Shown one piece after another: positions 26,246 to 40,712 of a DNA stretch of 64,000 nucleotides. Made by a program: the position numbers and the translations under genes. The notes under the pieces were generated by a model. That model was not told the DNA's origin. It worked only from the letters and a program-made list of their open reading frames with translations, and searched no databases. Position 1 is the stretch's first letter; each line of letters starts with the position of its first letter. Source of the DNA: Squalus acanthias (Eukaryota); NCBI GenBank assembly GCA_030390025.1, contig CM059433.1, forward strand, positions 21,454,001 through 21,518,000. Direction: 5' to 3'.

Positions 26246-27378
26246 GGCGAATTACCTTCCAAACCATCAACCAGTCATTTTGCAATGTTATCATTGCAAT
26301 AAGAGTACCACTTGTTTTCCCTTCTGGTTGACATTTTTATTGCTACATTTATTAGAATAAATATTATTTTAGTTTAAATAAATTTTCATGTTAAATATGA
26401 ATCTTGGAAGTAGTCAGGCTATTCTTTGACTGGTCAAGTTGTCCAATCAGAGAGATTGAGAATGTATATACATATACACACCAGAGTTCAAATATCCCAC
26501 AGGGTCACTGCCTAATACCTTAATATGTGAAAGGTTGTCCAGTACTAACTAGACTGGAATAAGTCTTGATAGAAGTCTTGAGTTGACTTTAAGGCTAGAA
26601 GTCAATTGAAGTGTGTTTGACTAGAAAGTAAAAAACCAACAGTAACAGGTTTAGGTTTCACAATCCAATTAAATTGGACAGTGAAATGCATTTAAAAAAT
26701 ATTTAATTACTGTTTCTGTTGCTGTTCTTTAATTGGATTTTCATTCTAAACACAAAGCTTTAATTTAAATCTAGGGCTTTTATTTTTTCAATGGATTGGA
26801 ATTTATAATCTTCATTTGCCAGTCACATTATATAATGGGTTAGAGGGCTCCAACAGTTTGTTTTGCAGCTCATCTTGAAAGTGAGATATATAGGCAGGAA
26901 TAAAGACCTGAATAAAGTGTGGGGAGCACATTGCTGCACACACAGTCAGTAGCAGGCATGACACTTTTATACCACAAGCCATTCACAGCTGCCCAAGGTT
27001 CTGAAACTTCCTTTGAAGACTGTCCCTGAGAAAAAATTAAAACAGTACGTATACAAGTCACAAAAATTTAACACTGTATAGTGTTCAACTATTCTGAAAA
27101 CAATCAATTGGGCTTAGAAATCAAAAATGTGTTGAGCACTTTTTTATGTCAGTAGGGTTCCTAATGCAGCTGCAGTAATGGGCCAAGTTGGAAACGTGTG
27201 CATCACCTCTGCATAGTTTCATTAACTTTATCAAAGCTTCATCCAGCCGATGAAAACTTGTCTTCAACGATTTTCCACATGCACTTCCCAGATGCCAACA
27301 AGGTTCTGAGCATTTTAGATCCTGCTGCCTCTCGGTGTGCAGTTTTGGCAAGTGAGGGTAAGAGGTGAAACTGATTAT

Positions 27379-28084
27379 GGGGTAGAGTTTCCACTTCGGG
27401 CGCAATCGGTAAATTGCGTGCAAAATGCCCTTGAAATTGTGCTGGTTAGGTTACAGTTCAAGTTTTCAATTAAATTTATTTGCATAATCACAAATGTAAA
27501 GTCTTCCGTGAATCAGGCAGGGTAATAGAACGCAATCATTTATTTATTTTCTTTCCATAAAGTATTCCTTGATGTATTTAAGAGTGGTAAGCTGTTGCAG
27601 TTTAATTAATATAGCTGAAAATGGGTTTACCATCAAAAATAAGCATTTTTCATAAGGGTGTCCAGTCCTTTACCTGTGAGTAACCTGATTTAAAATCACT
27701 GAAAATGACCAAAAAAACTACTGAAACATTTAATGTGTGCACTCATCAGTTTCTTAGTAAATCAAATATTTTTTGATATGAAAAAATGTTTAAAACGTGC
27801 CTCCTAGTGCCTATACACCTAAGAAAATGAGTGCAATTTGAAGAGCCTTCCTGAACGGAATCTCACAATTTTGACCTGGGGGAGGGGGCCAGTTTTGTGA
27901 GCGTGGCCTGATTCAGGCCAATTGAATCTTGCACCAGCATAAAAGATCGCGAAAATCACGAACATAGGTGGTTTTGAACGTAACTCACTTATGTTTTAAA
28001 TTCCCAGATCTTTTGCTCTAACTCGGACGATTTTGCCTGCACTGCGCTGATATTACTAGTTTAAACAAGCGGAAACGCAACCCA
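27379..28084. mobile_element. Old TIR element (Harbinger-like MITE)
   Basis: Ends ggggtagagtttcc ... ggaaacgcaaccc. Confidence 0.55.
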
Positions 28085-28855
28085 TTAATCTTCTGTGCCC
28101 TTGTGGGTTTTGTCAGCTCTTCTGAAGCTGTTGGTCAGCTTTTGCTAATCTTCTAGTTTGGCATGTATGGGGATTAGCAGTGATGTTCAAGTGTCAGGAA
28201 CCAGGACTTCAGAGGATAAGCATTGTCACATAGTGTCTAACCTTTCAAGAGTTCTGGCACTCTGCTTTTCCTTAAGATGCAGACATCGCAAGCATTACCA
28301 GGGATGCATGCATCTGTACCCATGATTTTTATTGCTGTGGTTGCAGCCTATCTATACTTTCATGGAGAAGAACCCTTTCCCTTGAAGTAGGGCGGTATAT
28401 AGTGTTCTGTTGCTCAGATGGCCACATAGGCCGGGATTTTCCGCTTCTACACTTGCCATCCCAAGATTTTCTGCCGATTTATTGCAGTGAGCACAGAATC
28501 AGTGGCTGTTGAGCCCAGAAGCAGAAACCCCCAGTCGTGTAGTCTATTGCACTGTGCACTCTGGGGATGCCATTACAGCTGTCAAATTAAATATGTCTCC
28601 TATTGCTGCTGATGCTCCTTGCTGAATTGGATAAAGGCATTGAAGCTTCAGAAGGGAGCATTTGTAACACTCCTGATACTGTAATGGGGATACTGGGTCA
28701 CACTTTTATATCACCTTTCGGTGCCTGGAAGGAGTCAGAGACATGAAGGTCTAGTGTAATTACCTCAGTCAAAGCAATGCTGATTGTTGACGTTGTCTCC
28801 AGGACTGGCTACAGGAAATGACATTGTTCAGTGACTGCTTTCCTATTGAGATTTA

Positions 28856-29055
28856 GGCCACAATTTTCTGTTCGGTGTCGGGATGGGTGCAAGTCAGCTG
28901 GTTTCCGGGTTCCGGTCCCACCCCCAGCTGCCTCCGCTCCACAGACATGATTTTCCCTTGATTGGCCTGTTGACGCGTCGGGTTCGGGACCCGCCATCAA
29001 TCAAAAGGACTTTAACCTCTGACCCGCCTCTCTGAGCGCCGGCAAAATCACGGCC
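28856..29055. mobile_element. Short Harbinger-like MITE (200 bp)
   Basis: TIR ggccacaatttt ... aaaatcacggcc; TSD TTA/TTA. Confidence 0.75.
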
Positions 29056-30089
29056 TTAGTCTCCTGTGGCACAGGTCCTCAGACAAGCCCAGGTACCTCT
29101 ACAGTATGATAGACACGGTCCAGATGGTATAAATAGTTCCTGCGTACCCATTCCCCTCTCTAACTCCAAAGCTGAATTTGTTCAAAGGTATTCGGAATGC
29201 CAGGGGAAAAAATAGACTGAACTTCCCAGATTGCACAGTAATACCACTGGAAATAATCAATCAGTACACTAATACCATGCCCAACTTTGGCCCTTAACCA
29301 TTTTAAAATGCCTATTGAGATTTAGTCTCCTGCGGCCATTTCATTTCTGAGAAGATGTGATGCGGCTTTGTGCTAATTGCAATATTTTTTTCAGAAAGTG
29401 CATCAAGATCTTGAGCTCTTTGAAAATTAAATTGCAATCAAAGAATGCTTATGCTTAATTTTTTTTGAATTAATGTTTTTACATTTAGAAATCAATGCGA
29501 AAGTCTGTAATAATAAACACGAGATGAATCCAATTATCTTTGCATTCGAATTACTTTTTCTTTAATTTGCTGAAAAGAATAGTTTTTAATACGGCAATAG
29601 TGATTCTGCCACTAAGAACTAGGGAGGCAATCAAAGATCCCACATTCCCAGTGGAGAGTCACACTTGAAGAGGGTGCACATCGGAGAATGTGCGCTACAG
29701 TTTAGCTGGGAGTGTGGGGTTACTAAGTGTACACTTTAAAAAAAAATCAAATGCTTGTCCTGCATTTAGTGAATAAAGGAGAGGCACAATAGTGTTGCTT
29801 TCCCTCCTTCCAGCAAGCCTGCCAGCTTGGAACTGGACCAGTTTGAGAGCTGTAGCTGTACATTTCTACCTCGAGTTTCTTGCCTGAATTTAATTTTAGT
29901 GAGAAACCTAGGTTAAGGATTAAGGTCTAAGGTTGAAAAGAATAAGATAGAAGTGGTTAGGTAGCATTAAGCTTGGGTTTGAAAAGCCTATAGATTACAA
30001 GGAAGATTGAGGTAAGTAAGGGTTTTTTGAACTTTTGGTCTTCAAAAAATGAGTTGATTTCATTTTTTCAGAATACTAACTTTATCATC

Positions 30090-31430
30090 TTACCATTACT
30101 ACATCCAACTGTTTCTTAAATGAATCCAGCAACCTTGCCTTAACTACCTTTTCTGGCAACCCAGCTGTTCCAGCAATACCAGCTCTTGATCACCCTCTAT
30201 CTAAAGAAATACTTACTGACAAGTGTCCTTAATTTACCCTTCATGACCCTGAACCTGTGCTCTATTGTTCTGCCATCGTGGCATATCCAAAAGTATTGTT
30301 TTTGATTTAGTTTCTCTGAATCTTTAAGTATCTTCTATCTCTAAAAAGGCTTCTCTGAGACATCTTTTTACAAAGCTGAAGAGCCCAAGTTAATCAAGTC
30401 ATTGCTCATAGCTCTTCCTTCTGAGGTCATGGATCAATTTAATTGGTCTCTTCACATCTAGAGCTTAGATAACACCTTATCTTGTCTCGACCAGTATTCA
30501 TGGCCAGGTACACACTGACTAGCTTCCATATAAACTCTAGAGATTTGAGCTCAACTGATTTGATGATATAACCCAGCATCCTATTTGCTTTATTTATTGA
30601 TGCCTCCTACTGATTAGATATGATGAAGAACAAACCAACACCCCGATGTCTCTTTCAACTTCCACATTGCCAAGTTTTATTGCACCCTGGAGTACACGTG
30701 GCTCCCATTCTTACTGTCATTATGTAGTACCATTTTGAATTTAATTTGCCATTGATCAGCCCAGTTGAACTCTTTGTGAGATCTCGGAGACCACAGTTCA
30801 GAAGCTTGGTGTCGTTTGCAAATTTAGTTAGCTTGCACCGAAATGTTGATTGTAGTTCATTTATGTAAACTAGAAACAGGAGAGATCTTATCATAGATCC
30901 CTGGAACACCTCACTCAATTCCTTCCCCATCCCCATTGTGATTTTGCTCCCCTCATGATTAACCTCTGCTTTCTTTTATCAAGTTACTAATCCATGTTCA
31001 TGTCTTACCCTTGGAACCTCTAACTTTTGTTTGTAAAGGAATCTCTCCTCCAGGACTTTATCAAAGGCATTTTTGGAAATCTAGGTATCAAGTATCATAA
31101 GTCAAATTGGGATGCCAAGATTTATCGCTTCTACAGCCACATTGGTTATCATTTATTTGGTTATTTTCATACAGAAGCTTCAATTTTGTTTCTGATTGTT
31201 GATTCCCAGTGTTTAGCTTGGTGAGGTCAGGTTAATCAGTCTGTGGTTGCCAGGAATGGTATATGGGAAATACATTGTCTGTTCAAAACTTTCCCAGTAT
31301 TCATCACCTCCCTCCATAAGACCATCAGTACTTCACAAATATGCTCTCTTCTCTTTCTAAGTATGTTGAAGTATAATTGATCCATCCCAGAAAATGGATT
31401 GGTTTTTAGTTTCTTCAGTCTGCTTCATTT
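30090..31430 (-). mobile_element. Highly decayed CR1 LINE
   Basis: ORF 30655-30936 has remnants SEVFQGSM..LFLVYINEL..KFANDTKL. Confidence 0.65.
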
Positions 31431-31450
31431 TCCGGAGTTCACTTTGGTTC

Positions 31451-31794
31451 TACATAGAAACATAGAAACATAGAATCTAGGAGCAGGAGTAGGCCATTCG
31501 GCCCGTCGAGCCTGCTCCACCATTCAATACGATCATGGCTGATCATCCAAATCCAGTACCCTGTCCCTGCTTTAATCCCCACAGTACACATATCCCACCC
31601 TACCCCCGTAACCCCACGTATTTAATTCCCCCTAACATATCCCATGCTATCCCCATAATCCCCCCCTAACACTAAGGGTCAATTTATCATAGCCAAATCA
31701 ACCTAACCCGCACATTTTTGGACTGTGGGAGGAAACCGGAGCACCCGGAGAAAACCCACGCAGACACGGGGAGAATGTGCAAACTCCACACAGT
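31451..31794 (-). mobile_element. V-SINE (HE1-like), 5'-truncated, with CR1-derived 3' tail
   Basis: V-domain (rc) gtgggaggaaaccggagcacccggagaaaacccacgcagacacggggagaatgtgcaaactccacacag, joined to a CR1 tail like 8958-9075. Confidence 0.8.
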
Positions 31795-31844
31795 TCTGTT
31801 TGATGACTATGTTTGATGATTGGATGGTATTTGTAATTTGTTAG

Positions 31845-33300
31845 AAAAATGTGTAGTGCCAGAGAACTGGTGGATTGCTAATGTAATACCTATATTTAAG
31901 AAGGGAGATAGAACATGTCCAGGGAATTATAGACCAGTCAGCTTAACATCGGTGGTAGGAAAAATAATGGAATTGCTACTAAAGGAGAAAATGGAAGAAC
32001 CTCCAGTAAACCAAAAATATAATAATAAATAGCATGGATTTCAAAAGGGAAAGTCTTGCTTGACCAACCTAATTGAATTTTTTGAAGAGGTAACAGAGAG
32101 AGTAGACAAGGGTAATGCAGTAGATGTAATTTATCTAGATTTTCAAAAGGCCTTCAATAAGGTACCACATAATACACTAATGAATAAGGTCAGGGAATGC
32201 GGAGTTAGGTGACAAGTAGCAGAATGGATAGCTAGCTGGCTTCAAGACAGAAAGCAGAGAGTAGGGATAGAGGCTAGCTATTCAGAGTGGCAGAAGGTGG
32301 GAAGTGGTGTTCCACAAGGATCAGTGCTTGGACCACTGTTCATAATTTATATTAACGATTTCAACTTTGGAATCAAAAACACAATTTCTAAATTTGCGGA
32401 CGACACCAAATTGGGGGGATAGTCAATACTGAGGAAGACATTAATAAACTTGCAGAATGGGCCTATAATTGGCAAATTAAATTCAACACAAATAAGTGTG
32501 AGGTATTACATTTTGGTAAGAAAAATAGGGAGGTCACATATTACTTGGAAAATAAGAATCTAAATGGGGTAGAGGAGCAAAGGGATCTGGGAGTACTAAT
32601 ACACAAATCACTAAAAGTATCGACACAGGTTAACAAGGCCAAAGAAAAAGCAAACCAAGCACTATGGTTTATTTCTAGAGGGATAGAATTGAAAAGTAGT
32701 GAAGTTATGCTAAACTTGTATTGAACCCTGGTTAGACCACACTTAGAGTAATGTGTACAATTCTGGTCGCCATATTATTAAAATGATATAGAGGCACTGG
32801 AGAGGGTACAGAGAAGATTTACAAGGATGATACCAGAAATGCGAGGGTATACCTATCAGGAAAGGATGAACAGGCTGGATCTCTTTTCTCTTGAAAAGAG
32901 AAGGCTGTGGGGTGACTTAATAGAGGTCTTTAAAATCATGAAAGGTTTTGATAGAGTAGACACAGAGAGAGTGTTTGCACTTGTGAAGAAGAGCAAAACT
33001 AGAGGCCATCAATATAAGATAGTCACCAAGAAATCAAATAGGGAATTCAGAAGAAACTCCTTTACCCAGAGAGTGGTGAGAATGTGGAACTCGCTACCAC
33101 AGGGAGTGGTTGAAGCAAATAGTACGGATGCATTTAAGGGCCGGTTAGATAAGCATATGAGGGAGAAGGGAATAGAGGGTTATGCTGATAGAGTTAGATG
33201 AGGAAAGACAGGAGGAGGCTTGAGTGGAGCATAAACACCAGCATTGACTGGTTGGGCCGAATGGCCTGTTTCTGTGCTGTATCTCCTATGAAATGCTATG
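31845..33300 (+). mobile_element. Decayed 5'-truncated CR1 LINE
   Basis: RT pieces (ANVIPIFKKG..NYRPVSLTS; FTQRVVRMWNSLP) with stops and frameshifts. Confidence 0.9.
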
Positions 33301-33354
33301 TATATTGTATGAAATAGTAATTTAGCCTGGTTCGATGGAAGTGTAGAAGGGTGT

Positions 33355-35720
33355 GGTAGGAACAGTGCCAAGAATGCCTTAGAATTCGTTATCCATCTAG
33401 TGAAGCTACAACACATGCTAAGCACAAAAAACAGCAGGCTATAGACAAAACTAAGTGATCCCACAACCAATGAATCAGAACAAAGTTCTGTATCCCTACT
33501 GCACCCAGTAATGTGCTGGACAATCAGGTAGGTCACAGGATGAGAAAGCTCCATGAACATCCACATCCTCAACCATGGTGGAACCCAGTACAAGTGCATA
33601 ATATACAGTTAAAGTGTTTGCAAGTGTCTTCAGCCAAAAATTCCCAGCAGATGATGATACTAGGCCTTCTTCCAAGTTCTCCACCATCATAGGTCACAAT
33701 GTTCTGCCAACTCAATCATTCCAGGTTGCATTCAGAAGCAGCTGAGTACAATGGACACAACAAAGGCTATGGTCCCTGACAATATCCCAGTTGTAGGGCT
33801 GAAGATCTGTGCACCAGAACAGCTGCCCTCCCTAGCCAAGTTGTTCCGATAGAGCTATGACACTACCCAGCAATATGAAAGATTGTCCAGATTTATCCTG
33901 ACCACAAAAAATAGGATAAATTAATTCAGAAAATTACCATCATGTCAGCTTCCCCTAATCATCAGCAAAGTGATGGAAGGAGTTCATCAATAGTGTCATC
34001 AAGTGCTAGCAACTAGCCAATGACCTGTTTGATGACAATTAGTTTAGGCTCTGCCATTTGGTTCTGATACAAAGGAAGATGACCATGACTGCTGGAGACT
34101 AATCACCACGGCCCCAGAACATTGCTACAGGAGCACCTCAGGCAGCTTCCTTAGCCCAACCATTTTCAGCTGCTGCTTCTTCAATAACCTTCTCTCCATC
34201 ATAGCCACAAGTGGGGCAGTCTACTGATGATTGCACAGTGTTCTGTTCCATCCCCAATTCCTCTGACAATGAAGCAGGTCATTCTGGCCTCCTGGAGTAC
34301 TTGGAAAACATCCAGGCTTGCACTGATCAATGCGGTAACATTCGTGCCACGTAAGTGTCAGATAATGAACATCTCCAGCAAGAATAAGCTCAACCACCTC
34401 CCCCTGAACTTCAAAGGCACCAGCATTGCCAAATCCTCCATTGCCATCAACTTGGGGTCACCATTGTTTAGAAGCTGAAATGGACCTGCCATATTAACCC
34501 CCACGGCCACTAGAACATGGCAGTGGGAGGGTACTCTGCAATGAGTGAGTTCCCTCCTGACACCTTAACGCCTCTCCATCATCTACAAGTTCTAAGCCAG
34601 GAATGTGATGGAATATTCAACACTCATCCGGATGGTTGCAGCTGCAACAAAACTCAAGTAGCTCAAAACTATATATGACAAAACAGTTCACTTGATTGGC
34701 ACCCCTGCTACTAGACTCAATGGGGTAAAAACTGTACCTCGTTGTGCCTGTTTTATGGGTGTACAATGGGCACAATGAGGACCATTTTCAGGGAGAAATG
34801 TCCTGTTTTCCAAAAGTGCCTGAAAGATGACTTGCCCGCTATTGGGTCAGGCCATTTTTCAGGTGCCCCTGGCAACCATCTAAAACAGGCATTAGCCCCC
34901 TTATATAAGTAAATGAGGGCCTGACATCTGCTTTAGATCCGTCTCCTAAATTGGGTTGTGATGAGCAAAGCAGGTGCCGGGCCTGGAATCTTCAGCAGTT
35001 GCTGCTGCCTCAGCGCCGACTGCCACCAAAAGGTAAGTTCTTTTGTTTTTCAAAACCTTTCTGTGGAGTCAGGAGGAGCAGGAGCGCTGCTCCTGGCCCC
35101 ACAGACCTTCTGAGGGCTGCCGCCAGCCCGCGATCTGCCACTCTCCTGTTCCCATTCCCCTCCACCCTGGGTCTCACCCGAGGGTGGTTACTGACGAGAC
35201 AGGCAGCCCAAAATTTGATACAGCAGTCGGGTGTGGAGTTGTGACAGGTGCAGCAGCTTGCCCAAGATAAACAAATAAGACTTGAGGCCCAATTTCAGGC
35301 AAACCTTGGGCCTCCTGGTTGTGATACACCAAAGGCCATAACCAATTTCTACCCCAATATATACCCGAGTGTACTGTGGCTGTAGTAAATTATGATCTAC
35401 AGGATGCAGTAACTTGCCAAGTTTGCTTGGACAGCACCTTCCTCACCTGTGACCTCTACCACTGAGAAGGACATGGGCAGTAATGTCATGTAAACACTAT
35501 CACCTTCAAGTACTCCTTCAAATCATGACTTGGGACGTAGATCTCTGTTCCTTCATTGTCGCTCGATCAAAATCCAAGAATTCCCTACCTAATCCCATTG
35601 TGGAAGCACCATCACCACAAAGAATGTGGTGCTCGGAGACAGCCCACCACCACTTTCGCTATGCAACTATGGATGGTCAACAAATACTGTCTGCCCACAT
35701 CCTGTGAACAAATATATAAG
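33355..35720 (+). mobile_element. Decayed copy of the second CR1-clade family, interrupted by MITE 34722-35355
   Basis: Collinear similarity to the reverse complement of 23981-25709 (ggtccctgacaatatcccag, ctgatgattgcacagtgttc, 3' tgcccacatcctgtgaac). Confidence 0.8.
34722..35355. mobile_element. Harbinger-like MITE
   Basis: TIR ggggtaaaaactg ... caatttctacccc; TSD AAT/AAT; splits a LINE. Confidence 0.8.
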
Positions 35721-35724
35721 AAAG

Positions 35725-36422
35725 TAAGAAAGATCTTGCATTAGAATTGTGTCTTTCATAAACTCAGGACATCCCAAATCACTTCACAGGCAATGAAGTA
35801 CTTTTGAAGTGCAGACACTGTTGTCATGTAGGAGAACGTGGCAGGGAACGGTAGCATATTGGTTATGTTACTGGACTACTAATCCTGAGGCCTAGTATCA
35901 GTAATGGTGACCATGGAACGATGTGATTGTTGTAAAAACCCAGACTGGTTCACTAATGTCCTTTAGTGGAAGGAAATCTGCCTATATGTGACTCCAGACC
36001 CACAGCAATGTGGTTGACTCTTAACTGCCCTCTGAAATGGCCCAGCAAGCCACTCAGTTGTTCAATTAGGGATGGCCTTGCCAGCGAAGCCCTCATCCTG
36101 TGAATAAAAAAAAGCCAACTTGCACACAGCAAAGCCCCAAGAACAGCAATGAGATAAATGACCACATCATTTTTATTTGATAGTGTTGGTTGAGGGATAA
36201 ATATTGGTCAGGACACCAGGAGAACTCCCCTGCTCTTCTTTGAAAAGTACCATGGAATCTGTTACGTCTACCTAAGAGGGCAGGCAGGGCCTTGGTTTAA
36301 TGTCTCATCTGAAGGACAACACCTCCAACAGGGTTGCACTAAGGTAACAGCAGAGATCACATGCTCAAGTCTCTGGAGTGGGGCTACAGATCATAATCTT
36401 CTCACTGCGCCAAGACTGACAC
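35725..36422 (-). mobile_element. DeuSINE with a nested SINE on the + strand (~35845-36112)
   Basis: DeuSINE motif ggcag|ccaa is split by an element ending in gccttgccagcgaagccctcatcctgtgaataaaaaaa, the tail of the 23981 LINE family. Confidence 0.75.
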
Positions 36423-37482
36423 CTTAATTAAAAACAAACAACTAGCTCCTGGTTAATCTCCATATGGGTCTTTACAGATTTAACTTTCACCTAGCTACCC
36501 TCTTGCGTGATGACTTTGATTTCAATATTGTGAGGCTGCAGGATAGAAGATGGAGCACTTAAGGGATAAGAGAAGAAAGTTCAGAGAGAAAACAACTAGT
36601 ATTATTGATAAACCAGGAAGAAACAAGAAAGCCTGTGATAGAGAGATTGGAGGCTAGAAGTGAGGGAGGTCCATCAAATAGTAAGGTTTTATCCTATCCA
36701 GAAGTGCAAAAGAAGTGCTAGAACGGCCTCCTTAGACATGATAGCAGTAATTAAGCGTTGCATAGCCTTGGGCTTTATACAGTGTAACGAGTTGCTGAGG
36801 AGAAACAAAAAGCATTTCGCCTAATGAGGAAACCAATAAGCATTATAAATGAAGGCGATTTGGGAGTTCATTTTTTGACAGTGAGGTCAAGAGTGTAAAT
36901 AGAAGAAGATGGACTAGGAGTGAAGCTATCAAAGTTGTGAGGCAGTAGCTGTTCTATGAGATTTTAAGAAACATGAGGAAAGTGTATTTTTGAAGAATTG
37001 AAAGAATCAAGGTCTGCCTGTCTTCCTGCCTTTTCCTAGCAATGTGTGGTAACAGTCAGTTATGGAAGCCTGACTACCATGTGCATTCCTGTACCTGATT
37101 ATGCAGAGCCTCAGAGTCCAGCCAAGCTGACCATTTGAAGGTACATTGGGAGAAATATATTTGTTTAAAAAAAAATCTTTAAATGAAACCCAAAAGACCC
37201 ACTAGAAAAAAAAAAGTAGAAGGCTACAAATGAAGATTTTGATTTTTTTTTCAATGGGCCACAGTTAAATAGGACAAGTCCTTAAAGTGCTGCTGAAACT
37301 GTTGAAACTGTACGTGTAACATTTAGATAATAGAATTTTGCCTCTAGATTTACTGCTCCACTTCAAAACCTAAGTATCTGAATTATGTGTTACATTCAAC
37401 TCCATATTTCTTTATATAATGATACTCGAGCTTGGCAGACTATTCATAGAAACACCAGGCCAGACTTATATTACATTTTTGG

Positions 37483-38090
37483 AGTGTCAGCCATGGCTCA
37501 GTTGGTAGCACTCTGATACAAAAAGTTGTGGTTTCAAGTCCCACTCCAGAGACTTGAGCACAAAAATCTAGGTCTTTTTTTTAATTTCAAAAGCACTGCA
37601 TAGTTTTAAATGGTGGCTCATATGTTATCATTATGCACTGATTTTTGCAGTGACCAATCAAATCATGAATTAACTGTCCCTGGAGTTCTTCTGAAGCGTA
37701 AATCAGGCATGTAAAGCCATATTGTATGTTTTAAACAGGCAGTATCACTGTATCAGGGTGCTATTGGGCAGGTTTGTCCCTGAAACAACTCCTTTGTCTA
37801 TCGGATGAGATGTTTTAACGAGGGCCCGTCTGCTCTCTCAGTGGACGAATAAAAGATTCCATGGCACTATTTCAAAGAAGAGCAGGAGAGTTCTTCCCAC
37901 TGTTGGCCAATATTTATCCCTCAACTAACATCATTAAAGACAGATAATCTGGCCATTAGCACATTAATGTTTTTCAGACCTTGCTGTGTACAAATTGGCT
38001 GCCACGTTTCCTACATTACAGCAAAAGTACTTCATTGAACGTAAAGTGCTTTGGTAAAGTCCTGAGATCATGAAATATAAATGCAAGTTT
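37483..38090 (+). mobile_element. DeuSINE with tRNA-like head (A/B-box-like) and ~200 bp of unrelated interior
   Basis: tggctcagttggtagcac and gtttcaagtccc head; Deu domain at ~37800-38000; tail ataaatgcaagt. Confidence 0.75.
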
Positions 38091-38762
38091 TTAAAACAAA
38101 ACTGCTTCAAAAATACTGATAAAGAGTCTGTGTTAGGTGCAAGCACAACATCATGACGGTTTTCATATTATTTTATCTTTTTCTCATTAAAATTCTAAGA
38201 TGAAAAATAGTGAGAATGGTGAGGAAGTGATGCGGTAGGGCAGTTATTCCATCTTCGCTGTTCCTTTTTTAATGTTGCTGGTGTTGGGCCTTGGTCCTTC
38301 ACCTGGGCTTCCCAATAAATAAAATGTTACGTATCACCAAATCCTGGAGCTTCTCTTTAAAGGCAATAGGAAGGCCTTCCGTGCTGATGAATATCCTCCC
38401 TGTGCTCTCCTCTGTTGTGACAGGCTAAGATTAGGCAGATAAATCTTACTTAAATAAATCTTACTCATGACTACCTCATGAATTAAGTGTTGTCTTTCAG
38501 CCCGAACAATACTGAATGAATGACCCAACCAGGTGCAGCAATAATATATATTTCCTAAAAATTAATGAGGTTTTGTTCCTTTCACTAAGTATCCGTACTA
38601 GAAGCAGTGGATTAAAATTGATTGATAGAATGGGACAACCTTTGTTTAACAAATCAGATCAAGCATGTAATATTTTTTAAATCAGAACAACATGACAGTT
38701 TTAAAGTTTGAGCGATAATATTTTCTCTGTTACAACAAATTTAGGAGGAAACCTTACACATT

Positions 38763-39792
38763 GGCCGGAATTTTAATTTGGAGGCAGGTAGGGAACGGGA
38801 TGGTGGGGGGGGGGGGGGGGTGGGGGGGGGGGTGCTGGACTTCGGGAGAATGGGTTTCCCTGAGGCTTTGCCGAATTTAACGGCAGGGCCTGATTAGCAT
38901 TTTGATTCTCTGTTTCCTGCCTGCAGCCGGCCAGATGGAGAGGCTGGATGGCTGTCGGGCGGGTAGGCCTGCGGCATCAGGTCAGAGAGAGGAGGGAGGG
39001 AGGGAGGGATCGGGGGGAGGGGTCAGAAGGCCGGGAACCGTCGGCGAGGTCAGGGAGGAGAGGTCGGGGGTCAGATCATTGGAGGGGAGGTCAGGGGCCA
39101 GGTCGGGGAGGGGAGGTTGGTGGTCAGATCGTTGGAGGGGAGGTTGGGGAGGGGAGGTCGGGGGTCAGATCGTTGGATGGGAGGTCGGGGAGGGGAGGTC
39201 GGGGGTCAGATCGTTGGAGGGGAGGTTGGGGGTCAGATCATTGAAGGGGAGGTCGGGGGCCAGGTTGTTGGAGGGGAGGCTATGGGTTGCAGATTGTCGG
39301 CGAGGTTGGGGGGGGCTCGGAGGCCGTGGAGGGGGGGGGCGGGTGGCGCATCAGAAGGCTAGATGGGGGATAGGAGATCGGAGACCTCGGGGTGGAGGTT
39401 GGTGTGAGATCGGAAAGGTGCGGGGTGGGGGCGGTGTCTGATCGCGGGGGATTGGCGAGGCAGGAACACTGGATCCGGCAAGTAAGCGGAAAGACACTTA
39501 CCTCCTGGATCCAGCAATCCTCGCCTTCGTTTAGCTGGCGGGTTCCCTGAGGCCCTGGAAACCCGGCCAGCCAAAGTTAAATTTAAAATGGAGCTTCCAC
39601 ATGAGGCACAGAGCCTCATTATAATATTTAAAATGCCAACCCGCCTCCTGGGAGCGGGTTGGCTGCCTGCCTCCAGTCCCACCTCCGTTAAAACTGGAAT
39701 TGGACGAGTTGGAGTTGGGATTCAGATTTTTAACTCTTTATCCTCCCACCCTACCACAACCCACCCGTTTTTTGGGGGTTAAAATTCTCCCC
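38763..39792. mobile_element. Harbinger-like MITE containing poly-G and a G-rich minisatellite
   Basis: TIR ggccggaatttta ... taaaattctcccc; TSD ATT/ATT. Confidence 0.82.
39040..39285 (+). repeat. G-rich minisatellite, ~27-bp unit ggaggggaggtcgggggtcagatcgtt
   Basis: About 8 variant tandem units visible. Confidence 0.85.
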
Positions 39793-40712
39793 ATTGACTT
39801 TTTATTCGCTTAATTCATATTTCTTCCCAAAATTGAGAGTGCCTTGTTTGCTGCAACATCTAAACACTAGGGCCTGAATTTGCTGAAAATTTGCATCATA
39901 ATAATGGCACATGCACAGCATAAGCCATTATTATGGTGCAGAAATGCCAGCAATTATGTTGTGAGCGATTTATGTCATTATGTATAGCACTTCATGATTT
40001 GCTGGCACCTTTGCCTTGCACCACAGAAACCCTCACTGAAAACATTGAACATCTAATTATCATAGCTCCGCCCCATCATTAAAATTAATGGGGAGATGGA
40101 GTTTGCTAAATTAATGCTACTGTGATCGCCACAGCCACTTAGAACCAGTACAGAATGGTGCGAGAGTGCTCAGAATCAGTAAAGCATTCAATCGCTCAGC
40201 ATGTTTTCACATGGTTTGCATGAATTTCCCAATTTAAAAAAAAATTCCCTGGGTCTAAAATATTGAAGGATTGTTATGCTCAAATGCAGCTATTTTGATT
40301 CCATGTTGAGGGACTGTGCTGATTTATTTAAAAATATATGTCTAGTAATGGGAGATGCTGACATTGTTCAGAGTGGGTTAGAGAATTCCTTTCATGCTAG
40401 TGCATCTTATTATCAGGAAATTAAATATAAACAATCTCACTAAATACATTTGATCTTTGTTAGAAGTGCAGTTTGTAAGTAATTGAATCCCCAGGATTTG
40501 GCCAATAAAGCGTCTGGGACGCTGTAACCCCCTAGTCAGGTTGATACGATAACCCTGTCAGGGATAGAATGGGAGTCAACTAAACCGGTATTATATGGAG
40601 GTGTGGGTTGTGTCTGCAAGGAGGTAACAGCTTCAGTCTTTCTCTATCAAACCAGCCTTACTTTAACGTCAAATCTTTGTTTTAAATAAAGCAAGCAGCC
40701 ACTTCCTGACAA

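Noticed and set aside
37490..37550. tRNA gene
   Set aside because: A/B-box-like head of a SINE; no intact cloverleaf.
38902..39441. Gly/Arg-rich ORFs
   Set aside because: Translations of the G-rich minisatellite inside a MITE.
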